Origin: Folioceros fuciformis | Lineage: Eukaryota | Reading direction: 5' to 3' | Length of the DNA: 43,638 nucleotides | Assembly: GCA_049999805.1 (NCBI GenBank) | Contig: JBNGIO010006382.1 | Coordinates: forward strand, 388,182 to 431,819 | In this document: piece by piece, positions 35,487 to 43,638 of the stretch | Layout of the letters: each line of letters starts with the position of its first letter | How positions within the stretch are numbered: the stretch's first letter is position 1 | The notes under the pieces: generated by a model | What the model was told of the DNA's origin: nothing | Databases searched by the model: none | The model's input: the letters and a program-made list of their open reading frames with translations, nothing else | Translations under genes and position numbers: made by a program

Positions 35487-37666
35487 TTAATCATCTTTCG
35501 GGTTCGTATGTGGGTATCTCTGATGGATCACAGTACTGACCACTACAAGGGGCAATGCAACAGTGACGTATGGTGACGGTGCGATGCCATCGATTAGGTA
35601 CTGCAGGAGTGCGGTGACGAGCAGCGCAGAAACGATGACAAACCCCTGCACCCCACAGCAACAAAGTCAGGAAAGAACTATGCTGCTGACTGCAGTAGCT
35701 CATTACGCGAACAGGGTAAAGCACAAACCTTCTTCACGCCACCGGAATGGGTTGTCACTAGACCGACCAGAATGCCACCAATGGCATTAGTGAAAATTGG
35801 TATCTGTACACAAAAGGGGTTCAACTGAGCACCAACCAAAAAATGGATGTCTACGAGAGCAATGTCTCAAAGGGTTGAGTTTTCTTACTACAGTGTACCG
35901 CGTCCACCCGGAGAAGAACCCACGCTTAAAAATAGCTCGGCCATCGGGAGACCTGAGCGCGCTAAGTCCAAGCCCAATGCTGCCAAACATGGACATCTCT
36001 ATCGTCATAAGATAAGTATCTTTCCTCTTCACCTGCAGGCAGCACGCAAGTAAGAAAGAATTACCCTTCGAAATCGAAGAAATCAAGCATCAAATGTACT
36101 AGCCCATGTGCATGAGTAGCTATCTTGTACTGACATCTTACTTGAGCTGCCCACTGGCACAGCGTTGAAGCCAGTCCTGATAGGACAGATGCAGCCAGAA
36201 GGGGAATAATACCAAGGAATATAACTTGCTCCGGATTTGCTTCTGGAGAAGCATGGGGAGTACTCTGACCAATGCTCAGAATAGCAGCAGCACACAAGAG
36301 CAGGAGCAACGCAAAAACCTGTTGAGCTGACTGCCTGAACCTGGACCCAGAAACCAGAAACCGTAAGAGCAAACCAGGGGACCAAGAGAGACAGTGCCAA
36401 CTGTATTTGAGATCAAGAATGCGCCGCATATCCCGTAGAAAGCATGGTCTGAAAACAACTCAAATTTTACTGCAAATTGTACCTTTGAAATCGAATCCAA
36501 CGTGACCAACTTACCCAAGAAACAAAAACATGAATAAGGCCGTAAAAACCAGCTTGGTTTGATTCAGCAATGAAAACGTGAGCGCATCGAGGTGAGAATA
36601 TGACAGCTGTAATAGTGTGTTTTGAACTGCGTACAGCAGTGCTGGGAGAGCTGCAGATTGCAAAGCATCACGTAAACTCCAGTGCTTGAAAATTACTCTC
36701 AAGCTACCTCCCCACGTCAGCAGCAGCATTGCACATAAAACCTGCCAACCAGCACCGCCTCTTAGCATGACTCAAGGATGAACGATGTGCCGATACGGTA
36801 GACAGAGATCAACCAAGGTTAGGTCCACACATCAAACAGGCTAGTCAGTTACATCGGGAAGGTTTTACACCACACTGACTTCAAATTGAAAAGCTCTTAC
36901 CTTCACAATTTCACACGAAAGGACGGTTGAGGTCATTATCACTCCTTTCCTGATTATCAACAAAACCAGTTTCTTCAAAGAAAGCGAAAAGAAGCATCCC
37001 TGAACCCCAGGAAACACAGCTGAGCAACCGAATCACACTCAACATTGCCAACTCAGCTATAGAATATAAGGTTATCTACATCCATGAGAGTACCCCCAGA
37101 CTGCGGGTCCGGAAGCAGCTAGGAAGGGGAACTGTAAAGTTAACAAGAAGCTACTGGCAACATTCCCATGGCTGAGAAAGGTAGAATGACAGAGGATGCC
37201 AGAGAAGGGTGGTTCCCTCTGCAGAGTGGTGCAAAGGAGCTCCAGCATATCAAAGGTTTGAATCACTGTTGATCTCAGAACTGCTGAGATGCTTTGAATT
37301 TCCTTTCTTCCCCTGCTTCCGTTAGTATCAAGTGACTAGGAGATGGGATGGCACGTTCAATGCACCTCATCGGAATGGGATCAACGCAGAAATACGCGCC
37401 GTTTCTTGTCATCAAATCAGCTCAAGCATAAATCTCCACCAAGCCAGACAGCATTCCACGCTTTACAGCACAAAGAAAGCCTACCCTGTACAACGCTTGG
37501 ATAGGAGTGGCTGAGCGCCATATTGCAGTGCGAGGGCGATCATGTACAGACGAGCGCGACTTCTCCGCCTCGTTTCCTGTCGGACGCTTTCTCCCTCTTC
37601 CTCCTGCTCGGACTCTGCTTCCGATCGCGGCGGCCGTGTCGCCGATTGGCGCCTCGCCGTCGCCAT
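35487..37666 (-). CDS. ROCK1: Nucleotide-sugar transporter (SLC35A; ROCK1/CMP-sialic acid transporter 5-like), multi-exon
   Basis: LQYGAQPLLSKRC, LPALLYAVQNTLLQLSY, LNQTKLVFTA, AASVLSGLASTLCQWA, YLMTIEMS, NAIGGILVGLVTTHSGGVKK/GFVIVSALLVTALLQ. Stop at 35487-35489. Confidence 0.92.
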
Positions 37667-37943
37667 GGCATGGCCAGATCACAGGGCAGGAGGCCCTAGT
37701 TCAGCGGAACCGGAACACCTGAACCGGAACTACAAGGTTCGCAACCTGGGCGACCGTTTGTGATGAGAACAAAGGGAAAAAATTCAGAGAACATGAGAGT
37801 AGGCTGCCCCTTCTTTCATTTTAAACCTAAGGTGACTTAAACCTCATTTCCTTACGACCCTACGAGTGTGTGCTTTGCTGAGTGAAGAGCGGCAGAGTCT
37901 GGTTTGCTTGTGGAGCAAGTCGGCAGGACAGGGCAGCTCCCGG

Positions 37944-39335
37944 ATGGCTCAATTGGTGCGCAGAGCGGGTCGGCCGCTGCAGCGGGGAGCCAAGAGCTTA
38001 TTGCAGTCGCTTGGCGGCCATGGCCGGAGTCCGGTTGCTCCCATCGCTGCTGTGGAAGAGGTCCACGGCTGGCTCGCGCCGAGCATGGTCCGGTTCATGA
38101 GTAATCCGGCGGAAGCTGTAACTGGCCCGGACCTTGCCCTGTGCCGCGCTCTTCGTTCTGAGATAAAGCACGAGAAGAGCGAATACAAGCAGCCTCCGGT
38201 TGGTCTACTGCCAACGTTGCATGCTTTGTTCTTTGCAATCGGTTTAAGGAGAGTCTGTGAAGAATCGGTTGTGTTCCAGGGCTTGAAATCCTCACTTCTG
38301 CGAGAGAACTGTTCGCTGAACTGATCGGAAGGATCAGGGTTTTTTTAGGGTTTATTTGTTTCTCATGTTCAGGGTTAAACGGAAGTGTCTGTCCGGTTGG
38401 CATTTGATTATTTGGAGCTAGTGTTATGTCCTTTCCTCTGTACTTGGTGTGCTCATGATATCTTTTGATTACTTGGAGCCATCCTTGCATCCTTTTCTCT
38501 GTACTTGGTGTGATGATGATATCTTTGGATTGCTTGGAGCCAGCCTTGCATCCTTTTCTCTGTACTTGGTATGATCATGATATCTTTTGATTGCTTGGAG
38601 CGAGTTTTGCATCCTTTTCTCTGTACTTGGTGTGATCATGATTCCGATTTTGTTTGTTGCAGTTTTTTTCTTTTTGGTGATGACTTCGGTAGGTTTATGG
38701 AGGGGTATATTGACATGTTGTGCGCTTGCTGTTTCAGTTGGTGGGTAGGGGTCCGCCCAAGCCTTGGGAGCTGACTGATACTCCAGGCAAGCAAGAGATC
38801 ATTCTCAGAAGGTCATTTGGTTCAGAGGACATAGCCGTGACTGCCCTCTACCAGCCCAACGAGGGGGGACCGGACCAAAATGACGATGATGAGGATGAGG
38901 ATGACGAGGACGCCAGTGTGGACCAAAACGTTGCCCATCTCACTGTGACTGTCAGTAAAGGAGGAGATCAGCCGACACTGGAGTTCAGCTGTTCCGTGTT
39001 CGACAAGACATACACTATTGATCACGTCGCGCTGTTGGAACACAAGGATGCAAAGGATTCATCAGCATATGATGGACCGGAATATGAGTAAGCTCGTTTC
39101 CCCTTCTCCTTTGACTATTGAACTCTCTTCTGTTGCGCGGAAACTTGCTGAGCGTTGTGCGTTTTGTGAATGCAGCACTCTGGATGATGATCTGAGAAAC
39201 AGGTTTGAAGACTTCCTTGCCACTAGAGGTGTAGACCAAAAGTTGACGAACTACCTCATGCAGCTTCTTCCCGACAAAGAGCAACGCGAGTATACTCGCT
39301 GGTTGCACAATGTGGAAAACTTTGTGCAGAAGTGA
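37944..39335 (+). CDS. Mitochondrial glycoprotein family protein (MAM33/p32), 3 exons, 254 aa
   Basis: Exons 37944-38198, 38738-39087 and 39176-39335. Arg-rich presequence, ALRSEIKHE, acidic loop, YDGPEY, LDDDL...FL..RGV and DKEQREYTRWLHNVENFV. Confidence 0.92.
38429..38642. repeat. 61-bp minisatellite, about 3.5 copies, in intron 1 of the MAM33 gene
   Basis: Unit tccttttctctgtacttggtgtgatcatgatatcttttgattgcttggagcca.ccttgca recurs every 61 nt. Confidence 0.92.
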
Positions 39336-39719
39336 GGCAGTTCTTTGTGGACGTGCCTTGACGTCTGTTTTCTGTGAAGGGAATTTGGGTGTAACTTGCC
39401 AGTCTTAGTAGTAACGGAGAGGCCCAGTTCCTGTGCTCTGGCGGGAATAGCATTAGGGTGTGTTTCGCACCAACAATTTTCTACCCATTGCAGTTTTCTT
39501 CTAGTACGTAAGCTTCTTCCTCTATTGTAAGCGTCTTCTTCTACCATGTCATGTGTTCTTAAAAACTACAATGAAATTGAACCTTCCTAAGATTGCAAGA
39601 AAATTGAACTTCCAAACTCAATTGTGGAGGGGCAGGAAAATTGTGAGATGTCGCCAAGTTCGCAGACAGTATGAAGCTGTCACGCAGGTCGGAGCCTCTG
39701 TCGGGCCTGGCTAGCCAAG

Positions 39720-41371
39720 TTACATGACTAGGTAGTCACGCACAGCGTATCCTATCGGATCAGATGGGTCTGCGCCAGGTCTGTAGAACAGCACGGATGC
39801 ACATCAGCACATACACTGACCTGTCCCCACATAAACCTTAGCGTCTGACCAGAGGCTCCTGCATACTGTTCACCTTTTGTCAATGACGCCGTGATGAACA
39901 TGGAAGCTGCCAGAGGCGATGTCGTCCTTGTACTGTCAAACAGCAACAGCCGTGTGTAGACAGACGTGAAATCATAAAGCAATCACAACAGTACTTCTGC
40001 GAGTGACACTTACGAGTTTCAAGACAACATGTATTGAGGAAAAAGCCAAGTCTTCGAATGGAATGTCGTCCAAACTAAACAGGGCACATTCAAGCGACTC
40101 CGGCCCGGGCGAGAAGTCAGGTTGCTTCAGTTTTGCTCGAAAAATTATGCAGCTCTGCACTGAACATAACACTTTGTCAACCAATCAGGATGCAAAACAG
40201 AAAACACTACGAAATGTGAAGCGCAATTTTGCAGAGAAGGAAATCTAGGCCCTACACACCTGACCCAGAAGCGGAATGTCCAAGTGAGCAAAAAGAGAGA
40301 GAACTTCCACTTGTGCCTGCGCCTCCTCCCATGTTTCTCTGGCTGCTCCCTCCGCTGCCGACTCACCAAGCTCCATGAATCCGGATGGGAAAGTCCTGTC
40401 AGAAACCAGAAAGATCGAAAACATAGTGTCACGGATTTAGTTCGAAGCACAACACAGGACACGATGCAAGGATTCAGCCCATGCCTGACTAAATAGCCAG
40501 GTTCTCCATCCAGCAGGACGTGGACTACGATTACCATAGGCCATACGATGGTTTGATGGCTCTTCTGCACAACAAAACTTTATCCTCGTGTTCCACCAAA
40601 CATCCGACAACCTGCCAATGATCCGGAAACTCACCTCAACCTGCATCAGTGTGAATTCAACGAGGACATCCACAACCACCCAGAGTTCAAAAGGCTCCAA
40701 TCGGGTGCTGCTGTTACCATTTTGGGGTTTTGATAGTGGACAGCGCCACAAATTGTGCAAACGTCACGGAGTTCATGCTCTCCCTCCGGAATTTGCTGCT
40801 TGATTGGTCCCCCGCAAGTAGGGCAGAAGCTCAATTTCGGAACCACACACTGCGCCAGCATACAACAAGATGCAACACTCAACATTCCTTCCCAGACCAG
40901 AAATTCGAAACTCCGCGAATTCCAGTCATCCACGCAAATCACACAGCACTTTATAGCAAACAAGCCTGCATACACCTTCACTTTGGCTGCTATGGGAGAG
41001 AAGACCGCAGAGGTGGACGCCGGAGGCACATCTCCCCCCGCCCGGGTCGCCATATCCCTTCGCCTGCACTTCGCCCCAGCACTGTGATTCACTCTCACCC
41101 TGCAATCCAACGGCTGCACCAATTCCCCGTGTTTCAGCAGCCGGCCATCACACTGCCCCGAGACAGACGGCTTACCCTCGGCCACAGGGATGCTTCTCTT
41201 CCCTACACCCTGAGGCAAGCACTGCTTCCTGTGGTTCAAGGGTCTGCTGCCGGGCAAACAGGGCACCAGCACCGTCGGAATGGCCTTAAGGCAGGGGGCT
41301 GCAGGAGACCTATGCGGAAGCACGCCAGGCTGAGAAGACAGAATGGCCCGCACAATGCTGCCCCCCATCAT
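39720..41371 (-). CDS. NUDX23: Nudix hydrolase 23-like (zinc-ribbon Nudix, FAD pyrophosphatase type) with transit peptide, multi-exon
   Basis: FCPTCGGP...[20 protein letters not shown], Nudix box [36 protein letters not shown] and LAFSS. Terminal exon [20 protein letters not shown], stop at 39720-39722. Confidence 0.92.
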
Positions 41372-41897
41372 TCAGCCACACTCACCAGCGTCTCCAGTCC
41401 GCCATCGCACCAAGCTCGAACTGGAAAGCTACTGTGACAGATAAGGTTCCTCTAAGACTGTGCTAAGGTTCAAGTCAACAAATTAGCCCTAAAGCAGCGG
41501 GGTTCTCATTTATAGGCAAAGCGATTATGAAAGAAAAGGAGGACAACTACGATCACATTTGCCCAAATTACCAGCCAATCCAAGAACTTCGTGATCATGG
41601 ATTCCAAAAAAAGGCCTACCCACTACCAATGCCTAACAAGTGCTTCCCTGCACTCACTCATGTCTTATACATCATGGATATAAATATCCTCTACCTAAAG
41701 ATTGCAATTATATGAGAAAGGGGAAGACTAGTCTAAATCTTGTGGTAGTGATAGGCTCAACCACTACCCTGACAAAAACATGATGAAACTCTTGCTTATG
41801 GGCTCATGCCTACAAACTTGTTTAGACTAGACTTAAGGGAAGGCTATGACTCGGCTCTGGACGTCTTGTACAAAGACGTGTCTCTCTAATCAGCAAA

Positions 41898-42318
41898 TGT
41901 TGGAGACACTCCCAGGTCGAGATCCCCGCTCTGCCGGGGTGAGTAGCGTGTGTGAGAAGCTCCTAAGGGAAGTCGTGAGCATTTCTTCTCGGCCAATGGT
42001 GAGGGGGATGAATCTACGAGAACCACGGCAATGAGGGATTTCTCCTTTCCTATTCCCCGAGTCACCTGTCGTTCTTGGAATTTGAGTGTGTGTGTGCAGG
42101 CCTGCCTTCCGGTTGAGTTACGGTTTATGGATTTACACGCAAGGACGAAGACATTACGGCATCAAACTGTGTGTGTGCTATATTACAAAGGTGTTAAAAA
42201 AAAAGGGTCCTAGTCTTATGAACAGTCGTAACTAATAACTGCCAAGCTAGGGTTAACGTTTCATATCTAATTAAGTATATATCAATGACCTAATTAATAA
42301 TCATTTAATTACTCAACA
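41898..42318 (-). repeat. 3' LTR of the copia element (421 bp)
   Basis: On the minus strand it begins TGTTGAG immediately after the PPT. The + strand TGTTG at 41898 provides the terminal inverted repeat. The partner LTR is outside the window, so the left edge is unconfirmed. Confidence 0.75.
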
Positions 42319-43112
42319 CCCCCTCTCATTGTATATACGACTAAATACCCAAAAAGAAATAGCTAAATTATAAAGCCGGGGTAACTTCATTCCGCGGTCT
42401 TCGTATCATCAGTCTTATGCCTGCTCGTAAGCTGAGCTCCAGCTGCTGATCTCGCTCGTGTCCTGCTTGCCGAAGCTGCGACATGGCTGGTTCCAAGCGC
42501 GCGCTAACCGACCTGTCGTCGGGTGTAAACGCTGAGCCTGTTAAGAAGAACCTTAGCGAGCTGCAGAAGGAAACAAGCGCCATTCTGACCAGGCTCTAGG
42601 AGACAGCAAGCAACATCAGAGCTGCATCAACTTCGACTGTTTCCAGGGAATCTCCTGGTACTACTACCTTGCGGCGTCAGCTGTGCAAGTGTCTTTCAGA
42701 TGCTTCAACGTGCCCTGTTCACCCTAGGGAGACTCCACACAAGATGTCTGACAGAGGGGCTGCCAAGTACTGGCAGAAGTGCTTGATGGAGGCGAACGAG
42801 CCCTAAACCCCTGAAGTATACATCTGCCCTATGTCCAAGGGGACCAAGTTTCGGCCGAACTGGCGGAGATGGGGAGGAGAAGACAACAATTTAGTGGCTT
42901 GATACTGTAAGTTTGCAACATGTCTGACATACGCTCACTGTTGTTGTGACTCGACCTTGTTGCTAACACATGTGTTATTTGGTGATCAATATCCAGGGAG
43001 AGTATGGCTGAGGAGTGTGGGATGATGTGGTTGAATTTGAAGACACACCTAGGTAGAGCAGAAAGTTAGGTTGAACTTTGTCACCACCTACCAGCTTCTC
43101 TACACGAAACTC

Positions 43113-43638
43113 TTACTCTCTGCTGGACATATTTGCTGTGTGAAGCGACCCCATCACTCCTAAAGCCTCCTTGAACTGGTGATGCTTGAGCCTGGGTAAG
43201 GCCTTGGTAAGAAGATCCGCTGCATTTAAATTTGTGGGTATATATTCCAGCTTTACTTCTCCAGTCTCAACAGCATGCCTGATAAAGTGGTGATGCACCT
43301 CTATGTGTTTCGTACAGGCATGGAAGACTGGGTTCTGTGCTAAGGCCAACGCTGACTGGTGGTCACAGAAAATGACTGTAGGTTGCTTTTGTGGTTGTCC
43401 CACATCGGCTAACAGTCTTCTCAGCCACATAGCTTCCTTTGAAGCTTGTGTTAACGCTGAATATTCTGCTTCTGTCGACGAGAGGGAAACTGTTGTTTGT
43501 TTCTTAAATGACCATGTAACAGCACCGCCTGCCAAAAGGAAAGAATAGGCGGAGATAGATCTCCTGGTGTCTGGGTTTGCAGCCCAGTCTGCGTCACAAT
43601 AGCCTAGCAAGGTAAGTTCCTCTGTTTCGCCTACGCGC
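43113..43638 (-). CDS. Ty1/copia pol, C-terminal RNase H domain (partial)
   Basis: GYCDADWA...RRSISAY...VTWSFKKQTTVSLSSTEAEY...CDHQSAL...PVFHACTKHIEVHHHFIR...NAADLLTKAL. Confidence 0.95.
   Translation of the reverse strand, partial: RVGETEELTLLGYCDADWAANPDTRRSISAYSFLLAGGAVTWSFKKQTTVSLSSTEAEYSALTQASKEAMWLRRLLADVGQPQKQPTVIFCDHQSALALAQNPVFHACTKHIEVHHHFIRHAVETGEVKLEYIPTNLNAADLLTKALPRLKHHQFKEALGVMGSLHTANMSSRE

Larger units (their letters stand above)
41898..43638 (-). mobile_element. 3' part of a Ty1/copia LTR retrotransposon (RNase H, 3' region, PPT, 3' LTR); continues beyond the window
   Basis: Copia RNase H ORF, polypurine tract GAGAGGGGG (minus strand, 42327-42319) and an adjacent LTR with TGTTG...CAACA termini. 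Confidence 0.9.

Overview
Gene-dense eukaryotic nuclear DNA with short spliceosomal introns, from a land plant. The compact layout and bryophyte-type type III PKS motifs suggest a non-seed plant, but the species cannot be determined from the sequence. I can reconstruct about 15 protein-coding genes: peroxisomal enoyl-CoA hydratase 2, PP5 phosphatase, an intronless F-box protein, an alpha/beta-hydrolase, a chalcone-isomerase-fold (CHIL-type) protein, a universal stress protein, a DusA-type tRNA-dihydrouridine synthase, a possible orphan, an intronless papain-family protease, a CCR/SNL6-like SDR, two type III polyketide synthases, a ROCK1-like nucleotide-sugar transporter, a MAM33 protein and a NUDX23-like hydrolase. 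There is also an initiator tRNA-Met gene, a decayed RLE-type non-LTR retrotransposon flanked by minisatellites, a LEA-like pseudogene and the 3' end of a Ty1/copia element with its LTR. The most interesting signal is a loose candidate polyketide locus at about 13-35 kb. It holds a divergent CHI-fold gene that the ORF track splits into unrecognisable pieces, an SDR whose catalytic Tyr is replaced by Phe, one CHS-like PKS and one heavily remodelled PKS. The two PKSs share an extra intron and a loop insertion. Functional linkage of these genes is inference only.
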